The notes under the pieces are model-generated. The model made no database searches and was not told the DNA's origin. It saw only the letters and a program-made list of their open reading frames with translations. DNA of 64,000 nucleotides from an uncultured delta proteobacterium (lineage in GTDB: Bacteria; Myxococcota; Myxococcia; Myxococcales; Anaeromyxobacteraceae). This document shows, piece by piece, positions 10,011-19,939 of the stretch. The DNA lies in the NCBI GenBank assembly GCA_963766715.1, contig CAVYBH010000007.1, forward strand, positions 68,566 through 132,565, read 5' to 3'. The position numbers and the translations under genes are program-made. Position 1 is the stretch's first letter, and each line of letters starts with the position of its first letter.

Positions 10011-11309
10011 ATGACCCGACCGATCCTCGCGCTCCTCGCCGCCTTGCCGCTCCTCGCCCCGTCCGTCGCGCTGGCCCAGCGACAGTACATCGACGTCGGC
10101 TCCCCCGACTTCCGGCCGCTCGCGCTCGCCGTCGTCCCCTTCCAGTCGGGGCCCGGGGCGCAGGCCGACGCCGTCGACGTGCAGCAGACCTTCCGCGACG
10201 ACCTGGCCCTCACCGGCACCTTCGACCTGCTCGACCCGCGCTCCTTCCTGGCCGACGCGTCGGAGGGGACCCAGGCCTCCTCCATCAAGTTCCGGCGCTG
10301 GACGGACGTCGGCGCCGAGGGGCTCGTGAAGGCGGCGGTGAAGCGGGAGGGGGCGCAGGTCGCGGGCGAGCTCCACCTCTACGACGTCCGGGCCGGGCGC
10401 GAGGTGCTCTATCGCGTCTACCGGGAGCGCAACGCGCGGGCGCTGGCGCACCGCTTCGCCGACGACGTGATCCAGTACTACACCCGGGAGCCCGGCGTGT
10501 TCCGCACCCGCATCGCCGCCATCCGCAAGACGCGGGGCGCCTGGGAGATCGTGCTCCTCGACGCCGACGGCAAGGGGGCGGAGACGCTCACGCGGGAGAC
10601 CTCCATCGCGCTCCTGCCCGCCTGGCGGCCCGACGGCGGCGAGATCCTGTTCACCAGCTACCGGTCGGGCAAGCCCGAGCTCTGGGCGGTTCGCGTGCCC
10701 GGCGGGACTCCGCGCCCGGTGATCTCGCTCGGGGACCTGTCGAGCGGCGGGGTCTACTCGCCCGACGGCCAGAGGATCGCCTTCACCTCCTCGGTCGACG
10801 GGAACTCCGACGTCTACCTGGCCAACGCCGACGGCACCGGGATCCGCCGCCTCACCACCGACCCGGCCACCGACACCTCTCCCAGCTGGTCGCCGGACGG
10901 GAAGCGCATCGCCTTCGTCTCCACCCGGTCGGGGAACCCGCACCTCTTCGTGATGAACGCCGACGGCTCCGGCCAGCAGCGCCTCACCTTCCAGGGCAAC
11001 TACAACCAGACCCCGCGCTGGAGCCCGCGCGGCGACCAGATCGCCTTCACGGCCCGCGACGAGCGGCGCGTCTTCGACGTCTTCCTGGTGTCGCCCGAGA
11101 CCGGGAAGATCTCGCGCGTCACCCAGGACCAGGGGCTCACCAACGAGGAGCCGTCCTGGGCCGCCAACGGGCGGCTGCTCGTCTTCGTCACCGACCGCGG
11201 AGGGCGCCAGCAGCTCGTCATCTCCAACCCCCAGGGGGACAAGCAGCGGGTGGTGACCTCCGACCCCGCCGGCCTCGTCGCCCCGGCCTGGGGACCGCTC
11301 CCTCCGTGA
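10011..11309 (+). CDS. tolB: TolB beta-propeller protein
   Basis: Signal peptide, AHRFADDV, repeated PSWSPDGKRIAF (PD40) units. Confidence 0.92.
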   Translation: MTRPILALLAALPLLAPSVALAQRQYIDVGSPDFRPLALAVVPFQSGPGAQADAVDVQQTFRDDLALTGTFDLLDPRSFLADASEGTQASSIKFRRWTDVGAEGLVKAAVKREGAQVAGELHLYDVRAGREVLYRVYRERNARALAHRFADDVIQYYTREPGVFRTRIAAIRKTRGAWEIVLLDADGKGAETLTRETSIALLPAWRPDGGEILFTSYRSGKPELWAVRVPGGTPRPVISLGDLSSGGVYSPDGQRIAFTSSVDGNSDVYLANADGTGIRRLTTDPATDTSPSWSPDGKRIAFVSTRSGNPHLFVMNADGSGQQRLTFQGNYNQTPRWSPRGDQIAFTARDERRVFDVFLVSPETGKISRVTQDQGLTNEEPSWAANGRLLVFVTDRGGRQQLVISNPQGDKQRVVTSDPAGLVAPAWGPLPP

Positions 11310-12262
11310 CCCCGGGACCCGCCGAGCGCGTCGCCACCATCGACGTGGGAACGAACACCGTGCTGCTCACCGTGGCCGAGCGGCGCGGCCGGTCGTTCCA
11401 CCCGGTGGTGGAGCGGGCCGAGATCACGCGGCTCGGGCGCGGCGTGGATCGCACCGGCCGGCTGGACCCGGCGGCCATCGCCGAGACCGTCGCGGTGATC
11501 GCGCGCTACGCCGCCGAGGCCCGCTCGCTGGGCGCGACCCGGATCGCCGCCGTCGCCACCAGCGCCGCGCGCGACGCCGGGAACGGGGCCGAGTTCTTCG
11601 AGGCGGCCCGCGCGGCCGCCGGCCTCGTCCCCGAGATCATCCCCGGCGGAGAGGAGGCGCGGCTCGTGCACCTGTCCGCCTGGGGCGACTTCGGGGCGCG
11701 CGGAGGACGGCTGGCCGTCCTCGACGTCGGGGGCGGATCGTCCGAGGTCACCTGGGGCGACGGCCCCGCGCCCGAGGGGCGGCGCAGCTTCCAGATGGGC
11801 GCGGTGCGCCTGACCGAGCGGACCTCCCCGGCGGACCCGCCGTCCGCTGGCGACCTGCTCCGGATGCGGGACGCGGCCCGTGCGGCGCTCGGCGAGATGG
11901 CGGCGATCCGCGACTCCGGCGCGTTCACCGGGGCGCGTCTCGTGGCGGTGGCCGGGACGGTCACCACGCTCGCCGCGGTGGCCCAGGCCCTGCCCGAGTA
12001 CGACGCGGTGCGGGTCCACGGATCGACGCTCTCCCGGGAAGCCCTGGAGGCCCTGCTCGCGCGCCTGGCGGCGCTGCCCACGGCGGAGCGGGCGCGCCTG
12101 CCCGGCATGGAGCCGAAGCGGGCCGACGTCATCGTGGCCGGGGCCGTGCTCGTCGAGACGGCCATGGACCTGGGGGGATTCGCCGAGCTCACCGTCTCCG
12201 ACCGCGGCGTGCGCTGGGGGCTCCTCCACGACCGCTTCGGGCCGGGGGCCGTCGATGCGTGA
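11306..12262 (+). CDS. ppx: Ppx/GppA family phosphatase
   Basis: IDVGTNTV, ATSAARDAGN, DVGGGSSE, RADVIVAG, GVRWG. Confidence 0.9.
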   Translation: MTPGPAERVATIDVGTNTVLLTVAERRGRSFHPVVERAEITRLGRGVDRTGRLDPAAIAETVAVIARYAAEARSLGATRIAAVATSAARDAGNGAEFFEAARAAAGLVPEIIPGGEEARLVHLSAWGDFGARGGRLAVLDVGGGSSEVTWGDGPAPEGRRSFQMGAVRLTERTSPADPPSAGDLLRMRDAARAALGEMAAIRDSGAFTGARLVAVAGTVTTLAAVAQALPEYDAVRVHGSTLSREALEALLARLAALPTAERARLPGMEPKRADVIVAGAVLVETAMDLGGFAELTVSDRGVRWGLLHDRFGPGAVDA

Positions 12263-12915
12263 AGGCTGGGCGGTGGTCTGCGACTTCGACGGCACGGCCC
12301 TCACCGAGGACCTGGGCGACGCGGTGTCGCAGCGCTTCGCCGGCGCCGGCACCTGGCAGCGGGCCGAGGACGGGTACCGGGACGGCGCCTTCCCGTTCGG
12401 CGAGCTGCTGCGCCGGATCTTCGAGCCCATCACCGCCAGCGCCGACGAGATCGCCCGCTTCGCCCTGGAGCGCGCGGTCCTCCGTCCCGGCTTCGAGCCC
12501 TTCGTGGAGGCCTGCGCCCGGCGCCGGCCGCCCCTTCGTGGTCTGCTCCGCCGGGCTCGACGTCTACATCGAGCCGGTGCTGGCGCGGCTCCCGCCGCAC
12601 CTGCGCGCCCACGTCGAGCTGCGATCCAACCGGGCCCACTGCTCGCCCTCCGGCATGCGGCTCGAGTTCCACCGCCCGGCGCGCGCCGACGGCTGCGGCC
12701 ACTGCGGATTCTGCAAGGGAAGCGTGGTGCGCGAGCTCCAGGCGGCCGGGCACAAGGTGGTGGTGTGCGGCGACGGCACCGCCGACCGGTGCGCCGCCGA
12801 CGCGGCCGACTTCGTCTTCGCCACCCGGCGCCTCGTGGAGCACTGCCGGGAGCGCGGGCTCGCGCACCGGCCCTTCCAGGACTTCCACGAGGTGATGGCG
12901 AGCTTCCCGCGCTGA
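12255..12915 (+). CDS. MtnX-like HAD-IB phosphatase (frameshift near 12520)
   Basis: VCDFDGT motif I in one frame; VCSAGLD, CGFCKG, GDGTADRCAA in the next frame. Confidence 0.8.
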
Positions 12916-12930
12916 CCGCGGGAGCGATCG

Positions 12931-15900
12931 TCAGAAGAAGCCGACGGCGAAGTGCGGCGCGAAGACCGGCTCGTTGATCCGGTACTCCGGGTTCAGGTTG
13001 AAGCCCAGGTCGAAGGCGGCCGGCCCCACCGGCGTGATGATCCGGAGGCCGAACCCGACGTTGGTCCGGAGCTTCCCCAGGTCGACGAGCGTGGTGTCGT
13101 ACCAGAGGTTGCCCACGTCGGCGAAGAACCCCAGCTCGGTCGCCTTGGTGATCGGGACCCGGAGCTCGGCCCGGAACAGCACCGACGCCTGGGCTCCCTG
13201 GCTGGGGAGCATGATCCCCTGCTTCACCAGGCTCTGGAGCTGCGGCGAGCAGCCCAGCCCGGAGAGCACGCTCGCGCAGCGGGCGGTCTGGGCGGCCACC
13301 ACGTCGCGCTGGTCCTGCGGGATCATCTCGTTCTCGCCGTAGCCCCGCATCGTCGTCGCGCCGCCCAGGTAGAAGCGCTTGGGCGCGATGGTGACGGACT
13401 CGGAATCGAGCGGGTAGACCTTCCCGGCCTGGGCCGACAGCGCGAGCACGACGTCCCAGAGCGGGATGTACCCCGAGAGCGTGCCCTGGACCTTCACCAG
13501 GTTGATGTGGGTGTCGCTGCGGAGGGCCGTGTACGGGGTGCCGATCGAGTGGGAGAAGTCGGCCGAGATCTCGGCGTAGGCGCCCCGGGTCGGACGGACC
13601 GCGTTGTCGCGCAGGTCGTAGGAGATGCGCGGCTGGAGGGAGAAGAGCCAGGTGAGCCCCACGGGGAAGACCTGGCGGGCCTCCTGGGGGTTGGTGGCGT
13701 CGATGATGGGATACGCGGTGCGGCTGGAGACGTCGTCGACCTCCAGCTGGCCGGTGAGGGAGGCCGACAGGCGCCCCAGGCGGATGAGGTCGGCGCCGAG
13801 GATGAACGCGCCGCGCATGAGCTGGTAGGCGGCCTGGATCTTGTGCTGCCCGACCACGTCGGCGCGCAGCGCCACCGACCGGAGGTCGAAGGCCCGGGGC
13901 TGGCGGAGGCCGAACTCCCCCAGCCACTCCAGCCGTTCCCCGGGCGGGATGACGACGAGGTCGGGGCGGAAGATGGCGAGCGGGTAGTTGGCCTTGGCGC
14001 GCGCCTGGAACTCGATGGCGTTGCCGAAGAGGTTGGGGAGGTCGTACTCCAGCCCGGCGCGCGGACCCTCGGCGAAGGAGAGGCCCAGCGTTCCGACGAT
14101 GCTCTGCCAGGGGCGCTCCTCCACCTGGACCAGGATCGTCTTCTCCTCCTGCGGCACGTCGGGATCGGCGAGGTGGATGCTGGCGGCGCGGAAGACGCCC
14201 AGCCGGAGCAGGTCGGTCTGGGCGGTCGCCGCCTTCTCCGGGTCGAACACCTGGCCGGGCCGGAACCCGACCACCCGCTCGATGAGCGCGGTCCGCGTGC
14301 GCTTGTTGCCCTCGACGACGACCCCGGCCACCCGGACCAGGGGCCCTTCCTCGATCCGGAAGCGGACGGTGGCCCGGCTCCGGTCGGCGTTGAACTCCGG
14401 GGCGGCCTCGACGCGCGCGTAGACGTGACCGCTGCGGAGGTAGGCGTCCTGGATGGCCTGGCGGCTCACCGCCACGCGCGCCAGCGAGAGCGGCGAGCCC
14501 GGCTCGATCTTCGCGGCGGCCAGCAGGGGGTCGCGCGCGAGGTCGCCGTTGCCGTCGATCTCGACCGACCCCACCATGGTGCGGGTGCCCTCCTTCACCT
14601 GGATGTCGACGTCGACCCAGCCGCCCACCGCGTCGAACGTCACCCGCCGCACCTCGACGGTCGCGTCGAGGTATCCGTCGTCCCGGTACTGCTCGGCGAC
14701 GTACTGGGTTCCCACCTTCCAGGCCTCGGCGTTGAAGACCGCCTCGGGGTCGGAGGTGCGGTAGGGCACCGGGATCGCGCGTCTCGAGGCCGGCGCGCCA
14801 GGCCAGCGAGTCGAGGTCGGCGCGCGGCTGCTTGACGTCGATCCGGGGGGCGAGCGCGAATCCCTCGTTCAGCCGGGCCCGGAGCCAGGCCTCGTCGTGG
14901 TGGTCGCCTCCCGCGAAGCGGACCTTCCGCAGGAGGTACTCCCGGCCGGTGTCCACGTGGAACCAGACGACCTCCTCGTCGCCCTGCGGGACCTCCTCGG
15001 CCCATACCCGGGCCTGGGCGAAGCCGAAGGCGGACAGGAAGGTCTCGAGCCGCTCCGCCGAGGCCTCGATGGTGGTCGAGTCGAGCGGGACGTCGCCGTC
15101 GTAGCCCAGCCGTTCCCGGAGCTGGGCGGGGCTGAAGGGGGTCTCGCCCGCGAAGCGGAAGGTGAAGTGCGGCCCTGCCTCCACCGGGAAATCGACCCGG
15201 GCCTCGCGCCCCTCCACGGTCACCCTGGGCGAGCCGACCCGCGCCCGGTACCAGCCGCCCTTGCGGAGCGCGTCGCGCACCGCGCGCAGGTCGGCGTCGA
15301 GCACGTCCTCGTCCAGGATCTCCCCGGGCCGGGTCCGGATGTCCTGGCGGAGCACCGCCTCGGGGAGTCCCGGTCCCGGTCCGATGGCCACCGAGGCGAC
15401 GCGGGTCGGCTCGCCGGCGTCGACGACGAAGGTGACGTCGACCTGGACCTCGCCCTTCTCGACCGCCTTCACCTCGGCCTGGCGGTAGCCGTGGCGCGCG
15501 AGCAGCGCCTGGATGGCGCGGGCCGATGCGGGCAGCCGGCCGGTGTAGACCTCGGTTCCCTTCGGCAGGGACGCCGCGGCCAGGAGCTCGGGAGCGGGCA
15601 CGGGCAAGGCGCCGCCGGCCGAGGTCACCTGCACCGACGCCGCCACGCGGCGGGGAAGGCACTGGACCTCGACGTGCACCCGGGGCGCGGCGGGCGTCCC
15701 GCCGTCGGGGAAGGTGACGATCTCGACGTTGGCGAACTTGCCGGTCTGGTAGAGGGCGCGGACCGTGCGCTGCATGGCCCGGGGACTGAGGGGCTGGCCC
15801 GGCTCCACCGCCAGGAGCGGGCGCAGCGCCGCCGGGTCCTCCCCGGGGGGGAGGCGCAGCTCGACGGTGGTCACCACCGGCCGGGGAGGCGCGGGCGGAT

Positions 15901-15955
15901 CGGCCGCCGCCGTGGCCCCCAGGAGCAGCGCCGCGAGGAGCCCCAGGGAGCTCAA
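12931..15955 (-). CDS. Omp85/BamA-TamA family outer membrane protein with POTRA domains (frameshift near 14770)
   Basis: Signal peptide, POTRA repeats, RFYLGGATTMRGY, C-terminal Phe; TTG start overlaps the tamB stop. Confidence 0.85.
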
Positions 15956-18900
15956 TCGTTCCACTCCCAGCGAAGCTTGAAGTCGGCGCCCAGGTCTCCT
16001 CCGGAGACGTCGGTGTTGTCGTTGTCCCACTGCACCTGGATGCCGGCGCGGTCGCTGAGACGATACTCCACCTGGGCCTTCTGGCCCCGGGTCTGGTTGG
16101 AGAGGGGGGCCTGGTAGCGGACCCGGAGCTTGCCGTCGAGCGCCTTGGTCTCGAACTCCCAGCGGGGCTCGACCGTCATGCTGGTCTTCGAGTAGGCGCT
16201 GGTGAGGCGGACGTTCACGTCCTGGAAGACCCCGGTCTGGGGCACGAAGCGGCGGAGCTGCTGCTCGAGCCCGGACACGGTGAAGAGGGCCTGCGCGGCG
16301 GCCGCGCCGGCGGCGACGCCCAGGTTGCTTCCCACGGTGGCGTCGCGGCTCGTGTAGCCGAGCGAGAGGAGCGTGATGATGTCCTGCTGGGACAGCATCG
16401 GGGTGCTGGTGAGCTGGAGCTTCAGGTCGTCCATGTCCCCGAACACGTGCAGGAAGACCCGGTAGTCCTTGAGCGCGGCCTCGCCGGTGACGTCGAGGAC
16501 CATGCGAATGCGGTTGCGCTCGGTGAAGTCGACGACGGCGCGGGTCAGCACGAACTCGTTGGAGCGGTAGAAGCCCCGGGCGCCGGGAAGGAAGGCCAGG
16601 CTCCCCGTCATCCCGAGGGCGGCCAGGTTCCCGGTGAGCAGGAGCTCGCCGCGCGCCTGGCCCCGGACGAGGTCGTTGTCGACCCGGGCGTCTCCGTCCA
16701 CCAGGAGGCGGATGTCGAACTTGAGCCACTCGCCGGACGGATCGTAGGCGCGCGGCGGGGCCTTGGGGGCCGCGCCCACCTGGAGGATCCGCTTGTCCAG
16801 GTCGAAGGGCTCGGTGTAGCGGGCCGACATGACCCGGAGCGTGCCCGCCAGCGTCATCGCGTCGAGCGATCCGAAGGCCTCGAGCTTTCCCGAGAGCACG
16901 GTGGGCAGCCAGGAGGGGATGGCCACCGGCACCCGATCGAGGTCGGCCTCGATCCGGATCTGGCGCGGGACGAAGCGAGAGAGCCCCACCTCCCCGCGGA
17001 GCTGCGTCGGCGCCCCGTTGACGGTGGAGCCGAGCTTCTCGAAGAGCACCAGGTTCTGGGAGAAGGCCAGGTCGCCGGCCATCGCCGCGAACTCGATGGG
17101 GAGCTCCCGGAAGCGGAACCCGGCGTCGGCGAGGCGCCCGCCCCCGACGATGTGCGGGTCCTCGAAGGTGCCGGTGATCGCCGCGTCGACGGTGAGCTGG
17201 CCGTGGGTCTTCACGATGGCCGGCAGGAGCCCGCCGAGCAGGCGGAGGTCCAGCGCGCCCGCGGCCCGGAAGTCGAGCTCGCCCTCGGGCTCCCGGGCGC
17301 CGGACGCCGAGAACTCGGTGTTGGTTCCCTGGAGCGTGAAGGACTCCACCACCATGCGACGGCGGGCCACCGACACGACCACCGGATCCTTGTTGCCGAC
17401 CCGGAAGTCGGCGTAGCCGAGCCGGACGCGGTCGAGGACCAGCCGGGCCTGCGACAGCAGGACCTCCTCCAGGTTTCCCTTGGCCGTGGCGCGGCCGTGC
17501 GCCTGGGCGCGGAGCCCGGCCGGCGGCCCCCCGGGCAGGAAGCGGGTCAGGTCGTCCACGTCGAGGTCGGCCGACGCCTCGAAGGGCATGAGCCCCTCCA
17601 GGAGTGCACGCGAGGTGAAGGTCACGCCGGCGGTCCCGGCCTGGAGGGTGAGCTCCCGCCCCCGCAGGACGCCCTCGGCGTCCACCGTCCCGATGGGCAT
17701 GCCGATGGCCATGACCCCGTCGCCCTCGAGGGAGAAGCGGATGTCGGGGTGCTCCACGCTGCCGCCGAACGTCGCCTCCCCGTCCACGGTGCCGCCCCAG
17801 CCATCGCCGGGCAGGCCGAGGCCGTCGAGGGACAGGTCGGTGAAGTCGACGGACAGGTTCCACGGCGACGGGGCCGGGAAATGGACGGTCCCCTTCCCCT
17901 CGGCGACCGCCTCGCCCCGGTGGAGCTCGGCGGTCTCGATGACGGCCTTCTCCCCCTCGACGATCCGCGCGCCGATCCGGCCCCAGTCGAACCCTCGTCC
18001 CCAGAGCGTGCCCCGCCCCAGGGTTCCCTGGAAGGACATGTTGACCTTGGGGATGTCCCCCTCGAAGGGCATCGAGACCTGGACGCTCGCGTCGATCGAA
18101 TCCTGGAAGAGGCGCGCCGTGGGCAGCCAGGGCATGACCACGTCGAAGAGATCCCGGAGCCGACCGCGCGCGGTGGCCGTCGACGGGAGGATGCGCATCG
18201 GCGTGGCGCCCAGATCGATGGTGGTGTCCACCGTGTAGCTGCTCTCGGCCTTCCGCCCGGCGCCGTCCCGGATGCGCAGCACCAGGTCGGGCGTGGCCAG
18301 GGCCGTGGCCGTGACGTCGCCCAGGTCGAGCTGGAGGAAGTGGAAGTCGCGGACGGTGAGCGCCCCCTCGACGCGGGGCGGACCGTACGGGATGGCCACC
18401 GCCGTTCCCTTGAAGGTCCCCTTGCCGGCCATGGGGACGCTGGCGATGTGCCGCAGGGCGCTCGAGATCGACCCCGCCGTCCAGGGCCAGCTCGAAGCCG
18501 CCGGTATCCTCGAACGAGAGGCGTCCCTTCACCCCCAGCGTGGCGTCTCCGGCGATGGCCTTGCCGCCCTCGCCGATCTCGGCGGCGCTGGCCGTGATCA
18601 CCACCGGGGCCTCGATGCGTCCGCGAGGGAGGTCGAGGACCGTCTCCAGCCCGGGTCGCCACTTCTCCCACGACCGGTCCAGCACGCGGAAGTCGCGCGC
18701 GTCGACCTGGGCCTCCCCGGCGAGGCGCAGCGGCGAGAGCGGCCCCTCCACCTTCACCTTCGCGTCGAGCTTCATCATCACCCGCGCGTCCTGCAGGCCG
18801 AGTCGCGACAGGAGCTCCGCGAACTCCACCTGCTTCACCTCGGCCTCGGCGACCATCGTCGGGGTCCCGGCCAGGCGGAGCGTGGCCCGCGCAGCGATGC

Positions 18901-19897
18901 TCCCGCCCCCGACGAAGGGGATCTCGACGGAGGAGATCTCGAGGTCGGTGCCGCGCAGGCGGAAGCCGAGCCTGGCCTCGCCCGGGGCGTACGGACCCGC
19001 GCGGGCGCCGGAGAACTTCACCTGGCCGACCGCGTCGAGCGACTCGACCGGCCCGGACACGTTGACCTTCAGGCTGGCGCTGCCGGTGGACTTCCACCCT
19101 CCCCCGGCGAGCGAGAAGAGCGCCGGCAAGGGCGCCTCCGCCTCCACCTCGAGCCCGAGCCTCGGCTTGCAGAGGTTGCTCACCGTCCCGTGCGCCGAGA
19201 TCTTCACCCCTTCCCCCTCGGCGTGGAAGGCGCGCACCGCCAGGCGGGAGAGGTCGAAGGCGAAGTCCGCCTCCAGGGAGGCCTGATCCAGGAGCGTCTG
19301 CCGGCCACCCGCCTCGAGGAGGGTGGGCCCCAGGTCGACGGTCACGCGGCTCCTTCGCGCGCCCGTGGCCAGCGACTGGATGTCGGTGGGGATCCACTCG
19401 GCCCTCGACCGGACGTCGATCCGGCCCACGACAATCTCCTCGCCACCGGGGAGCGTGACGCTGCCGCTCCCGTCCTCGACCTGGACCTTGCGCACGTGGA
19501 ACTGCTGGAGGATGGGCGGCGGGCACGGGCCGGGCTTCGCCCCGGGCTGGGCCGGCGGAAGGACCAGGTTCACCCTGGGTCGAACCACCGAGACCTCGTC
19601 GAGCGCGATGGTCTTCGAGAGGGCCTGCAGCGGGGCGAGCTGGACCGAGACCGCATCGGCGGCGAAGACCGGCTTGTCCACCGGGCCGACCCGCACCTCG
19701 GTCAGGTCGACGGCGAGACGGAGCGGCCGGACCCGGCAGGTGCCGAAGGCGATCTCCAGGCCCGCCGCCTCGCGGGCCTTCTGCTCCGCCAGGTCGCACA
19801 GCTTCCGGCCCGCCCACGGCGTCGAGGCGATCCAGAGAGCCCCACCGATCGTGAGGAGCAGGAAGGCCAGGAACCCGAGGGCGATGCGCCGCTTCAC
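15952..19897 (-). CDS. tamB: Translocation/assembly module TamB-like protein (frameshift near 18450)
   Basis: N-terminal TM anchor, long beta-rich body, C-terminal DLGADFKLRWEW; adjacent to the Omp85 gene. Confidence 0.82.
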
Positions 19898-19939
19898 GGG
19901 CGCATTCTCGCCTTCAAACCGCCGTGAGCCAACTCGGCG

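Noticed and set aside
11000..19897. 2965-aa ORF as a giant protein
   Set aside because: Artefact of frameshifts: it strings together the TamB N-terminus, off-frame sequence, the Omp85 N-terminus and antisense of ppx/tolB
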